A stretch of DNA of 64,000 bases from assembly GCA_026936335.1 (NCBI GenBank), contig JAPMXV010000003.1, positions 367,181-431,180 of the forward strand, in the 5' to 3' direction. The notes under the pieces are model-generated. The model was not told the DNA's origin and did no database searches. It saw nothing but the letters and a program-made list of their open reading frames with translations. A program made the translations under genes and the position numbers. Shown piece by piece: positions 1 to 12,508 of this stretch (position 1 is its first letter; every line of letters begins with the position of its first letter). This DNA comes from Mantamonas sphyraenae STR306 (taxonomy: Eukaryota > Protista > CRuMs).

Positions 1-1
1 A

Positions 2-866
<865 letters not shown>

Positions 867-1160
867 TTTGTGTGTGTGTGTGTGTTTTCCTGGTGCTGTG
901 GGCGCTATCGGCGAGCGGGCGCTTTTCAGGGCGGGAACGCTGAATTCGGCGGAGCACGAAAGTGCGAAAGAGCGAAAGAGCGGGGAGTCGGAGTTGGGGC
1001 GGAGGCCGATTGGAAGAATGGAATGGAGGGTGGGAATTCGGTGGATGGGTGGATGCGGTGGGTGTGTGGGGGGTGAGGGGAAGAAGGTGGGAAGGATGGC
1101 AAGGATGGATGATGGTGGAGTTGGGATCATGGTCATGATAGGAGGGTGAACACGTCTGGT

Positions 1161-3386
1161 TTACTCGCCAATGACACCAAGGTACCTCCCAAGCCAGTAC
1201 GACACCAGCCATCCGTTGGGCTCGTACTCTGCGTGTCCGCTGCCGCAATCCACCTGGAACGGGTCGCCATTCCATCGGAACATGCAGATCTCGTCATAGG
1301 GCAGCAGTTTGCGCACATTGGGCTTGCCACCCCGGTCGGGATCGGGTCGCCAGATGATGTCCAGCCGGTGCGAGTTGTGCACGGGCCAGTCGATCAGCTC
1401 CAGCGGCCACTGCCTCAGCGTCTCGATGCCTCGGTCCAGCTCAAAGTTTTTGGCGCCACTCATGCTGTAGATGAGATTCCACAGCGGGCTGGCCACCTCG
1501 CTGCTGATGCGCCATTCGCGCTCGAGACCCAGCATCATCTCTGGCCAAGCCGTGCGCGAGCCAGACCACAAGTACACAAAGAAGGGCAGCAGAGTCAGTT
1601 CGTCGTCGCTATAGTTGTCGTCGTTGGGAATTTGAATCTTGCAGTTGACCACGTTCAGTGCGTAGCCGTGCTTCTCTCGAAGCAGCGCGCTCGCGTCGCT
1701 GAACGTGCTGTCGTTGCCGCTCAGCGCATACGCAGACTCCAGAAACGCCAGAATCTGCACCGAGTTGGGTCCTCGCTCGTCAAAGTAGTACATGTTGTCG
1801 TTGATGTCTACCCAGTTCCACCGTCCCCACTTTGTAGGCTCGCCAAACTCGCCAATCAGATAAAAGTTGTTGGCCACAATGTGGTGCATGACATCGGTGA
1901 CAATGCTGGTGGCTCGTTGCTTCTCCTCGGGCGTCTCTGCCACGAGGTGAGCAAACACGGGATACGTCGCCATGTGGCCTGTGATCTGATCCGACGACGT
2001 TTCCCCCTTCCAAATCCACCCCTCGTCCGTCGTAGAGTTGTACCAGTTGCCCGTGCCCGGTGCAATCTCACCCGTCTTGGCAAATGTTCGTGCGGGATAG
2101 CCCTTGATGCCGGTCAGCTTGGTCGCCATGCGCTCCATGCCTTCAAACGACATCCACGCGTTGCGCTTTGCATCTGCATCCCGTGTCACCGCCCAACGGA
2201 ACGCTTGCGACAGCACGTACTGCCCTGTCCACAACGCATCCGAGTCGGCTGGATGCTTGGTCACGGTGCTTGTGTCGCCAAACCGTGGCAACGACACATC
2301 CGACACCATTCCGTATCGCACATGCCGTGGCACAATCGTCTCGAAATGGGCAGCCTTTTGTGCCAGAGTCCATCGCTGGACATCAATCACAGCCAACCCG
2401 GCGTCGGTGACGGCCCAGGCTGTGGGCAAGCCGTCCTCGTACCACACGTGCAGGTCCAGCACAGCCTGGCCCGGGTGCCAACGAGGGCCGTAGTAATACG
2501 ACCACACACGGCCCGAGGAGGAGTGACGATCGTAGCGCACGATGCCCTTGGAGGTGCCCATCCAGACCTGGGTGCCAGCTGCATCCATGCAGGACGTGGT
2601 GTTGAACGGCAGACCCTGCATGCCGCCAATGCGACCCAGGGTCATGTTGGGATACTGCATGTTGAGTGCAGGCAGCGTGCCGATCCACACAATGTCGTCG
2701 TCGTCGGTCTGGGCAAACGAGGTCACAGTGGCGTCCACGTTGCCCGTCACCCACTCGAATCGCCACCCGTGGGCATCTGTGCGTCGCCAATACTTTGTTT
2801 CTGTGCCAACCACGAGTGCACGCGAAGATGCAAGCACCGCAGACACTGGCTCCTGGCCCAGCGCCGCCTCGTGTTGCAGGCCGTCGTGCGCGTTCCACCA
2901 AAACAGGCCGTGCGGCGTGCCTACAAACGCATGCTCCTCTTTGGACGCCCATGCGGCGCAGGTGATGTGTGACAACGGTGTGTCAAACGCATGTGTGGTG
3001 CATGCGGTGTGCACAGACGCGCACACGTGCAGGGCGTGCGTGTCCAACAACACAAATTCCTGGCCGTCGCCGCCGCCGCGCAGCAGCCGTGTCTCTGCGC
3101 CCACAGACACGCCCAGTGCGGTGTCCACCCGTTCGTACTTGCTGTCGCCCAGGCCTTGCATCAGCCACACGCTGTCGTTGGTCAGCAGCAGTGCCGAAGC
3201 CCTGCCCAGAGGCAGTGCCGTGCGCACATTACCCACCGCAAGCTCGGGCCACTGACCCACAGGCGCTTCGCCTTTGAACGTGTACCGAAAAGCCACCGGC
3301 TGTTCGTACGGCGTGTCAGGCACCACCACGGCCGACGCACATGCAGCCAAGAGGAGCACAAGGGGCAACAGAGTGCGAGGGGTCAT
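1161..3386 (-). CDS. Secreted protein with a beta-propeller-like N-half and a putative (alpha/alpha)-barrel glycosidase-like C-half
   Basis: Intronless ORF with signal peptide MTPRTLLPLVLLLAACASA. It has propeller-like repeats (FVGTPHGL, WIGT, WMGTSKGI) and acidic motifs SDALWTGQY, GETSSDQITGH and NYSDDEL. Fold and function are inferred. Confidence 0.7.
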   Translation of the reverse strand: MTPRTLLPLVLLLAACASAVVVPDTPYEQPVAFRYTFKGEAPVGQWPELAVGNVRTALPLGRASALLLTNDSVWLMQGLGDSKYERVDTALGVSVGAETRLLRGGGDGQEFVLLDTHALHVCASVHTACTTHAFDTPLSHITCAAWASKEEHAFVGTPHGLFWWNAHDGLQHEAALGQEPVSAVLASSRALVVGTETKYWRRTDAHGWRFEWVTGNVDATVTSFAQTDDDDIVWIGTLPALNMQYPNMTLGRIGGMQGLPFNTTSCMDAAGTQVWMGTSKGIVRYDRHSSSGRVWSYYYGPRWHPGQAVLDLHVWYEDGLPTAWAVTDAGLAVIDVQRWTLAQKAAHFETIVPRHVRYGMVSDVSLPRFGDTSTVTKHPADSDALWTGQYVLSQAFRWAVTRDADAKRNAWMSFEGMERMATKLTGIKGYPARTFAKTGEIAPGTGNWYNSTTDEGWIWKGETSSDQITGHMATYPVFAHLVAETPEEKQRATSIVTDVMHHIVANNFYLIGEFGEPTKWGRWNWVDINDNMYYFDERGPNSVQILAFLESAYALSGNDSTFSDASALLREKHGYALNVVNCKIQIPNDDNYSDDELTLLPFFVYLWSGSRTAWPEMMLGLEREWRISSEVASPLWNLIYSMSGAKNFELDRGIETLRQWPLELIDWPVHNSHRLDIIWRPDPDRGGKPNVRKLLPYDEICMFRWNGDPFQVDCGSGHAEYEPNGWLVSYWLGRYLGVIGE

Positions 3387-3438
3387 CACAGCCTTTTCTT
3401 CTGCCTCACTTTGCGCACGCCCACCCTCCATTCTCCTG

Positions 3439-4499
3439 TCACTCCTTCCTTGCAAGATACACGTAGTGGACACCCTCATCCTCGGGGTCCTCGTGGACGA
3501 CGCCCTCGGCGCGGGGCTTCTCCAGCGTGCGTGTGTCGACGGCCCACTTGTACTTGGCCTTCTCCAGATAGGTGCTGCGCAGCGATGGCCGCGCATACGA
3601 CACGCAAATGTACAGACCGCCCGGTTTGAGCACACGGCTCACCTCGGACAGCATCCGGTCGGCTGCCTTGGCGCTCGACGTCGAACACAGCACCGAGTCC
3701 AGCGTCGCCTTGTCGATCACCACGTCAAACTCGCCCGTGTCAAAGTCCATCTTCTTTACATCCATGCATGTGACTGTCCGTGTGTTGTGGTGAGCCAATC
3801 CCCTCCTCCCGCGTGTCAGCTGCGCCGGCAAACACAAGCGTTGCTAACGCTCCCCTCTTGCCCCACACACACACGCACGCACGCGCTCACACCCACACAC
3901 ACACACACACACACATGGATCAAACAAAACAGACGCAACATACACACCAACCCGTCCTTCTCCTGTGTGCGTGAGGCCATCTGTTTGATCACCACGGGCG
4001 AGATGTCGATGCAGTTCAGCTGTGCGTAGCCGTCCTGAAACATGTCCTCCTGGAAGGCTGAAACAGGCCAGGATCCGGGCAAACAGGATTGCAGGTGCAT
4101 GTCAAAATGCACGTGCACGTGACCAGCGTCTCCATGTCAGCAGTGTGCTCCAGTCCAGCCCGCCACAGTCGCCTGCACAAGAAACGGGCGCGGGCGTCAC
4201 GAGAGGGGTGCCGCCAAAAACTCACTGCCGTTGCCGCATCCCACCACCAGAATGTTGGCATCCTTGGCCACCAGTTCGTTGATCATGTCACACATGTCCT
4301 CGTACGTCTGATACCAGTCGAACGGCTCTGCATCACTGTCCACCCGCCGCCGACGAGTCCCAGGTCCGTCAGTACCTGCACCACAAGCAACAAGCAACCC
4401 CACCCCGGCTCCTCACTGTCCCCCTTTGCTACCCCACCTTTCAAACCGTTCGTTCCAGTAGTCTTCCGACCCGTAGTTGGCCACGGACGAAGAAGACAT
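3439..4499 (-). CDS. SAM-dependent methyltransferase, EEF1AKMT4/METTL13-like
   Basis: Spliced exons give YGSEDYWNERF, EPFDWYQ, ILVVGCGNG, IDISPVVI and FDVVIDKATLDS. Confidence 0.88.
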
Positions 4500-4588
4500 T
4501 TGCAGGTTCGGTTTGATTGAAACGCGCGAGGATCGCGACAGGTCCGCCAACACAAAAACGAAAAAACCGCGCAGGAACGGCCACAACC

Positions 4589-6520
4589 ATGCAGTACCGC
4601 ACCATGTATGTGATGGCCGCATGGACCATCTGCATTGTTGTCTTTTCGTCGATCTTTGCCGTTGCTTGCCTGGCTCTGTTTGTGCTGGACCGCCGCCGGC
4701 GAAATGCGCAGGTGTCAGGCCAAGTGCCGCCCAGCAATCTCAAGCGTCTCCTGCCACGCATGGTGGCCTGTCTCATCGCCTATGTGCTCGGGTCCCTTCT
4801 GTTGACCCTCAGCGCCTACGACTACATGTCGCCCATCATCTCGTGGATCTTGATCAGTCTGCTGACCATCCCGACGACAGTCCTGCTGCTCCCCGACGGT
4901 CTGACCCCGCTCCTTTCCTCCTCCGACGATTCCATGCGCATGGACGAGTCCCTCACCATGAACAACGTCAAGCCGCGCTTTTCTGTGACCAAGGAACTCG
5001 GCAAGCGCTGGATGGGCAACCGCAAGATGGTCATTGGCCTCGCGTTCGTCCTGACGCTCACCAGCCTCCTGCTCGCCGTCCTCACCGACGGTGCCTGCTC
5101 CTGTGCCCAGCCCAACACCTTTTCCTTCCGCTACCAGCGCCAAGCCCTGCCGCCCGCTTGCCCCGTGGGTGCCCCGTGCCAGGTGTACCTCACTATGACC
5201 CAGGACATCAACCGCGGCATGATCATCAACTTCCACAGCGGCGCCTGGTCAAACTCGACGCAGTTCACCGTGCAGTCGCAAATCCGGTATGGCACCACCA
5301 CTTCCCTCGATCCCTACGACCTCAACATCACTGCACGCGCCTACAACCGCTACTTTGACCGAATCGAGGAGCCTCGTTTCGTACACACCGCCGTCCTGGA
5401 CAACCTCCAGCCCGACACCGAATATTTCTTCCGCGTGGCCGCTGCCCCCTCCGAGAAGGATGCACTCAACTGGTCGCCAGAGTACAAATTCCGCACCCCG
5501 CCGCTGGACAACGTGCGTTTTGTCACAGGGGGCGACGTCGGCCTCTCCGACAACGCACAGAAGCTCATGAAGGTGGCTGGCCAGATGAACCCGCACTTTA
5601 TTGCCATTGGCGGCGATCTCGCGTATGCAAACTCCCTCGCCACTTGCTACCGCCGCTGGGACGAGTGGCTCAAGATCCTGCCCACAACCCAGGACGGCCA
5701 CATGATTCCTCTCATCGCCTCCATCGGCAACCACGAGGTCGGCGGCTTTGGAATCCCGCGCAACGAGGTCGTGTTCTTCCCAGAGTACTTTGGGCAAAGC
5801 GACCAGGCCTTCAAGACCGGTGACGAGCGCCTGACGGTGAGTTGCAGTGTGTGTGCGCAGATTCCCTGCGCTTGTTTCTCCCTCCAGCCTCTTTCAGACC
5901 ACCAATCCCCACTCACACACACAAACTCACAACCCGATCACCTTTCACGTCCCTTTCTGCTCCCACAGTACTGGAAGCATTACGTGGGCAACCACACGGG
6001 CCTTGTGGTGCTGGACTCGGGCTGCACCGAGCCCCTCACCGGACCGCAGAGCGACTTTATGGACAAGACTCTGGGTGCATTCAACGACAAGACAAGCTCC
6101 GAGTGCCGCAGCAACACGCTGGCGCTGTACCACGTGCCTCTGTTCCCGTCTGTGCGTTCCTTTGCCGAATCCAAGCCCAACCGTGACGCCTGGATGCCTC
6201 TCTTTGATAAGCACGGCCTCAACGCCGCGCTGGAGAACCACGACCACTACTACAGCCGCACCTTCCCCATGAAGGGCGGCAAGAAGGTCAGCAGCTCCAC
6301 AGAAGGCACCACCTACGTCGGCGACGGCTCCATGGGCGTCAATGTCCGCCCTGTCAGCGCCCCCAAGGAGGACTACCAGGCTGTGCGCGAAGCAAAGAAC
6401 TTTTTCTTTGAGGTCACTCTCACCAAGGGCTCCATGTCCTTTGTCACCTACGACCAGGACGGCAAGCAGTTTGATCAGTTTGTGGTCGCCTCCTCTCGGG
6501 CCTGCGACAACGGCAACTGA
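4589..6520 (+). CDS. Purple acid phosphatase-like metallophosphoesterase with N-terminal TM helices and an FN3-like domain
   Basis: Motifs GGDVG, GGDLAY, GNHE and ENHDH; FN3-like HTAVLDNLQPDTEYFFRV; intron 5837-5968 (GTGAGT..CACAG). Confidence 0.88.
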   Translation: MQYRTMYVMAAWTICIVVFSSIFAVACLALFVLDRRRRNAQVSGQVPPSNLKRLLPRMVACLIAYVLGSLLLTLSAYDYMSPIISWILISLLTIPTTVLLLPDGLTPLLSSSDDSMRMDESLTMNNVKPRFSVTKELGKRWMGNRKMVIGLAFVLTLTSLLLAVLTDGACSCAQPNTFSFRYQRQALPPACPVGAPCQVYLTMTQDINRGMIINFHSGAWSNSTQFTVQSQIRYGTTTSLDPYDLNITARAYNRYFDRIEEPRFVHTAVLDNLQPDTEYFFRVAAAPSEKDALNWSPEYKFRTPPLDNVRFVTGGDVGLSDNAQKLMKVAGQMNPHFIAIGGDLAYANSLATCYRRWDEWLKILPTTQDGHMIPLIASIGNHEVGGFGIPRNEVVFFPEYFGQSDQAFKTGDERLTVSCSVCAQIPCACFSLQPLSDHQSPLTHTNSQPDHLSRPFLLPQYWKHYVGNHTGLVVLDSGCTEPLTGPQSDFMDKTLGAFNDKTSSECRSNTLALYHVPLFPSVRSFAESKPNRDAWMPLFDKHGLNAALENHDHYYSRTFPMKGGKKVSSSTEGTTYVGDGSMGVNVRPVSAPKEDYQAVREAKNFFFEVTLTKGSMSFVTYDQDGKQFDQFVVASSRACDNGN

Positions 6521-6663
6521 TCGCGTCCTTCTCCCTCCACGTCGTCAGTCGTCGAAAGCACCGCCTCGCAGTGGTTGGTGCATGCAGGGAGAGTTTTGTG
6601 AGAAAAGAAATGCAGAACAATCCAACCGACATCACGCACACACCCAACCCAACCCACGCACCA

Positions 6664-9600
6664 ATGTCGGGAAGGAAAGCAGCGAGGAAAGAGGCGCAAA
6701 AGAAGAAAGAAGAGCTGTTTGCGGCAGAGGTGGCACGCAGAGAAGCGGAAAAGGCAGCCAAGGCAGCCAAGAGAGGCAAGCGGCGAGATGGCAAGACCTT
6801 TGACACGCCCAAGCCGTCCTTTCTGGACTTTGGCGATTGGAATGGCAAGACGCCGCTCGCCCAGCTGTATGAATGGTGTCAGAAGAACAAGTATGAAAAG
6901 CCGCGGTTTGCACAAGCCAAGTGCAGGACGCAGGGGCGACACCGCTGCCGCGTGGTGCTCGTCGACAAGAAGCGCAAAGAAAGCACCTTTGTGACCGACG
7001 AGGACTACAGCAGCTTCCAAGAGGCCAAGTACTACGCAGCCACAGTGGCCTTGCATCACTTTATGGGCGATCGGCAGCTGGACCGCATCCTGCCGCCCGT
7101 GTTTGTGGAGTACTGGAAGGAACTCGGCAAGAAGGCCAGCCTGCGTGAGGTGCAGGAGCGAGAGCGGGCTGAACGCGAAGCAAAGGCGTAAGTTGTGTGT
7201 GGGGGGTTGTATGTGCGTGTCTTTATTGTGGTCGATGCTGGAGCTGTGTGTAGCGACGCTGACGCGCTCGGAACGATGCGGCGGACTCGGAACACAGCGA
7301 GGAAGCACGGAAGCGCGAAGAGGAGCGGTTAGCCAAGCTGCCACGCGTGCATATGGATGAAGAGACCCGCAGGCGAGTAGAAGAGGCCATCCGCATCAAC
7401 AGGCAGCTGTACACGGTGACGGAGAATGCCTCCCAGCTGTCGCAGGCCTTGCAACAAGTGCATTCCGACACCGGCGGCAGCAGCAGCAGCAGCCACAGCG
7501 GAAGCGGTGGCAGCAGCAGGCGAGGTAGCAACACAAGCGGAGGTGTCGACAGCGACACAGTGGACAAGTATGTCAAGCGCCTTGTCAAGCTGGGCTTCAA
7601 AAAGGCCCACGCACGTCAGGCCTTTTCCAGCGGCGGTGCCAACAGTGTTGACGACGCCCTCGACTATTTGTGTCTCAATGTCCCTGAGGACGAATTGCCC
7701 ATGGCCTTTCGCCCCAACTCGGACATTAAGCTGGAGACCAAGCGTGTGCTAGTGTCGTCGTCCTCTTCTTCCTCCTCCTCTTCCTCCTCCTCTTCTGGTG
7801 CGCAGTCTTCTGTCAATCCCGAAGACTTTGAGGGCCTGGAGCCGTTGATGGAGGCTGGATTCGCCATGGATGTGGCACTGGAAGCGTTGCGGGAGCACGG
7901 CGACGAGGAGTCGGCGCTGATTGCGCTGCATACAGACATGGTGTTGCGCGCTGTGGGTGAGACAGACCCCATTGTCCTCATGGACGCGTCTGCAGAGAGT
8001 ATGGAGGCCGAGACGGTTGAGGAGGCGCGTGCAGAGGAGTTGCTTGTCCTCGAATCCATCTTCATGGACGAGCTGCAGCAGCACGAAACGGCCAATGGCT
8101 CGCTTCAGGTGGTGCTACAAACAGAAAACGGCACTGTGCGCATGCTTGTGCCCAAGCACAACCTGTACCCCTTCCAACTGCCTGTGCTCATGTACCAGGA
8201 CAGCGCCCTGGAGCCAGCCATGCGCGTCCACGTGAGCGCAAAGATGAACCAGCATGCGCTGGGCCTTCTGGGCTCCCCTATGCTCTACGAGTGTGTCATG
8301 TGGATCCAGGACAACCTGCAGGCCACCCTGGACGAGCCTCCGCCCATCGACGAAAGCGTACCCCTCCTCAGCAGTATCCAGCTTGAATCCAGCGAAACCG
8401 CAGACGAGGACGATGATGCCACCAGCATTGACACTGTTGAGCAAGACGACGACAATGACGATGACGATGATGATGATGATGATGATGATTCGGGGTCCAG
8501 CCGCGGGGGCCGTGCACGCGATCGCGGGCGCGGCAAGGCAGGACGCTCGAGAAGCAAGGGCAAAGACAAAGGCAAGGGCAAAGACAAGGGCAAAGGCAAG
8601 GGTTCGAGTCGCAGCAGAAGCCGAGGGAGGCACAGACGCAAAGTGCTGGATCCAGAGACGAGGCAGCGGCTGGAGGAAGCCATCCAAGTGGACACAAAGA
8701 AACGCGACAAGCTGCTCAAGGTGCGTGAAAAGCTGCCTGCGTATCAGTGCAGAGAGGAGGTGCTCGAAACAATCAACAAGCACCAAGTGACGGTGATCAG
8801 CGGAGGCACGGGCTGTGGCAAGACGACGCAGGTGCCGCAGTTTATTCTGGAGCAGATTCTGCTGAGCAAGTCGCGGTACAAAATTGGCGACATTGTGTGC
8901 ACACAGCCACGACGACTGGCGGCCATTGGAGTGGCGTCGCGCGTAGCGGAGGAGCGTGGCGAGCAGATCGGCTCCATGGTGGGCTACCAGGTGCGCCTGG
9001 ACTCCAAAATCAGCCAGGTAACACGTCTGGTGTACTGCACCACAGGCATTCTGCTGCGCAGGCTTCAAGGTGACGGACAATTGGACGGCGTCTCCTGCGT
9101 CGTTGTGGATGAAGTCCACGAACGCTCCATGGACGTCGACTTTCTCCTTGTCCTGCTGCGGGAGCTGGTCAAGAAGCGCAAGGATCTCAAGGTCGTGCTC
9201 ATGAGTGCCACTCTCAACGCAGAGCTCTTTGCAGAGTATTTTGGAGGCGCAAAGGTGCTCGAAATCCCAGGGCGCACCTTTCCCGTAAACACATTCTTCC
9301 TCGAAGACGCAGTCGAGTACGCCGGCTTCTCACTGCCCAAGAACGCGGAACACGGACGCGGGGCGCTGAAGCGAGAGCTGCGCGACGTGCAACTGCTGCG
9401 CGAACACTTGGGCGTGGAGATGGAGGAGTACGTGGGCTCCAATCCCAAGCGACTGACAGCAAGCGACTATGTGGACATGGTGCGAGCCCAGTTTGGGTCT
9501 GCATCGTACGACGCTGTACAGACAGTGACATGGATGGACAGGGAGAGTGTGAACTACGATCTGATCGAACAGCTGGTGTTTGCCATCGACGCCAACAATC

Positions 9601-11240
9601 GCAACTCAAAGGACGGCGACGGTGCCATTCTTGTGTTTATGCAGGGTGTGGCAGAGATCAGCACCGTGTGCAGGAGACTGGAGGACCACGCACGCGGCCA
9701 GGGCAAGAGCTCCAAGTTTTGGATCCTGCCACTGCATAGTGGGCTAACCACGCAAGAGCAGCGGCAGGTGTTTCGCACACCTCCGAACGGCGTGCGCAAG
9801 GTCGTGGTCAGCACCAACATTGCAGAGACGTCCATCACCATCGACGACGTGGTCTTTGTCATCGATTCGGGCCACATGAAGGAGACGCAATTCGACGCCG
9901 CCAGCAACATGTCCCTGCTGGTGGACACGTGGGTGTCCCGTGCCGCCGCCAAGCAGCGTGCTGGGCGTGCTGGACGTGTGCGCGAGGGCGTTTGCTTCCA
10001 TCTGTTCACGTCGGTGAAGCACGAAAACATGTCTGCACACCAGCTGCCCGAAATCATGCGTGTGCCTCTCGAGCAACTGTGCCTGCAGATCATGGCCATG
10101 GGCATGGGATCGCCCAAAAAGTTCCTGGCCAAGGCACTTCAGCCGCCGGACAGCAAATCGATTGCTGCTGCCCTGCAAAGCCTGCTCAGCCTTCAAGCCA
10201 TCACGTCCGAGGGCCGCATCACCGTGCTGGGTGAGCATCTGGCCAATCTGCCTGTGGACGTGCGCTGCGGCAAGATGATTCTGTACGGCGTCATGTTTGG
10301 GTGTGTGGAGCCGGTGTGTGTCATTGCGGCGCAGCTGAGCGTCCGCTCCCCGTTTTTGTCGCCCATGGACAAGCGCAGCGAGGCAGACGAGGCCAAGCTG
10401 CAATTTGTTGTTGAGGAAGAACAGAGCGACCATTTGACGTTTTATCACGCGTACAACGACTGGCAGCAGGCGCACAACCGTTGGAAGTTCTGCCGCGACG
10501 CGTTTCTGTCGCACACCACCATGCAGAACATCCATGAGCTCAACTGGGCGTTTATGGACACGCTGGTTGAGGGAGGCTTTGTGACGCCTGCCGCTTGCCG
10601 GCTGATGAAGCGCGGCGGTGGCGGAGGAGGCGGGAGCAGCAGCAGCAGCAGCAGCGGCGGCCGTGGAGGCAACAGGCAGGCGGCAGGCGAGGTGGAGGCA
10701 CTGCGAAGCAATGCCACAGACGCCAACGTGATCAAGGCCGTGCTTGCCGCAGGGCTGTATCCAAACGTCGTCGAGGTGAAGCTGCCCGAAAAGACGTACG
10801 TGCAAACCGAGAACGGGACGATCCTGACGGATAACAAGGACGCGAAGAAGGTTCGGTACTACACTCGTGAGGACGGCCGTGTCTTTTTGCATCCGTCCAC
10901 GGTCAACTTTAGCGCCAAACACTTCAAGACGCCGTACTTGGTGTACCTGAACAAGGTGCACACATCCAAGATTTTCGTGCGAGACACGTCTGCCGTCACG
11001 CTGTTTGCACTGCTTCTGTTTGGCGGCCAATTGAAGATCGACCACGAAAAGCAAGTGATCACCCTGGACAACTGGATCCGGTGTCGGGCCAGCGCTCGTG
11101 TGGGCGTCTTGGTCAAGGAGCTCAAGACGGAACTGGACAGGCTGCTCAGCTGCAAACTCGCCGCCCCCGAGCTGGACATCGCCAACACAAAGGTCATCCA
11201 AGTGATTCGTGACGTGCTCGACGACGTGTGGGGTTCATGA
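6664..11240 (+). CDS. DEAH/RHA RNA helicase, DHX57/DHX29-like (dsRBD-like, UBA, RWD, helicase core, HA2, OB)
   Basis: Motifs GTGCGKTTQ, TQPRRLAA, DEVHER, MSAT, TNIAETSITI and QRAGRAGRV. Intron 7188-7297 joins the frames. An alternative ATG lies at 6610. Confidence 0.92.
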
Positions 11241-11415
11241 GGAGCAACATGGGGGATCAGAACCCACACGAGGCAGCGCGGCATGCTGTGGATCCTACCA
11301 GACGAGGTGATGCGACGTGTGGACGTGTGTAATGAATGCTTCGCAGTGGGCACAGCAAAGCTCTGGCTCAGCTCCAACCCATCAAACAAAACTTGATGTC
11401 GTCGTCGTCACGAAA

Positions 11416-12508
11416 ATGAACCGAGAGGAATGGACCACAGAGTTCTTGCTCAATCCCAACGATCAAACACGTGGACACTTTGTGCCGTGGCGCGAGGTGC
11501 CCGAGCAGCTGGATGTGAGTTTGCGGGAAAGAGGTGGAGCGAGTGAGTTTGCGGGAAAGAGGTGGAGCGAGTGAGTTTGCGGGCTTTTGTGAGGCCACCT
11601 TCACAGCCTGTGCAGCTGACAGAAGCGATCCACACGGACAGGCAAATCTCGATGACCTGAACAGGATGTTGGCGAGGTTGGATGATGTCAGAAGCAGCAT
11701 GACGGGTCCACTGAAGGCCATCCGAACCTTGCTGGACTGTGCTGCTGTGAGTCTCAATGCGTCACTGTGCACAATGCTGGGATCGATGTTTCTCACGAGC
11801 TTGCTCACTGATGAGACGTTCATTGGCTCCTTATATGTCATTGCCGCCAGTGCAGGACTTGCTGTCCTGGGCTTCATCGCTCTGATCGTTGTTCAGCAAA
11901 CGGGAAAGCGGAAGCTGAAGCGGATCTTGCGCGACGGCGTTGATGGCATGGAGAGTCGCGTGCTTGGGATCGACATGGTGCGCTTTGCGCTAGGTGGAGA
12001 ACCCAGCGAGGTTTCTTCTGCTCCGTATCGACGCGTGGACGGTGCGTGGGCTTTGCTGCATCGCACGAACGGCGACGAAATCTCCATGTTCCATGACTTC
12101 GAGGCCCTGCCAAGGCCAGGCTTCTCTGCAACCAGTTTGAGCGTCCTCAATGAGGCGGTGAACATTGCCAACCGAGAGTTCAAGGCATACAACCGGCAGC
12201 AGATGGTCGGAAACTTCTGCTTGCTCCCTACTGTGGGAGGAATCACCGTTCTCACCGCGACGACGGTTGGGTACATGGCCAAGGAAGTGGCTCAGGCAAT
12301 ATGCTACATTGTTTTCCCTGTTGTGGTGTGTCTGATTCTGGCAATTCTGTACGTGCAGGACCGCAAGCAAAAGGCAGCGTACAAACAGAGAATGGCCGAC
12401 AGGTTGGTCCAATGGGAGCAACGCAGCGAAGGTGTGCGCGTGTGCTACATCGAGGAAGGGTACGCACCACGATTGTTGTTTGCGGGTCGCCAAGACCAGC
12501 GCGTTTGA
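11416..12508 (+). CDS. Uncharacterised ~321-aa protein with four predicted TM segments, copy A
   Basis: Exon 11416-11514, intron 11515-11641 (GTGAGT..GCTGAC..CAG), exon 11642-12508. It has two hydrophobic hairpins, and the gene structure is conserved in copy B. Confidence 0.8.
11515..11583 (+). repeat. 28-bp tandem repeat (about 2.5 copies) at the 5' end of the intron
   Basis: GTGAGTTTGCGGGAAAGAGGTGGAGCGA twice, then GTGAGTTTGCGGG. Confidence 0.9.

Noticed and set aside
11515-11583. CRISPR-like repeat-spacer array
   Set aside because: Only 2-3 adjacent units inside a spliceosomal intron, identical spacers in arm A and no cas genes.
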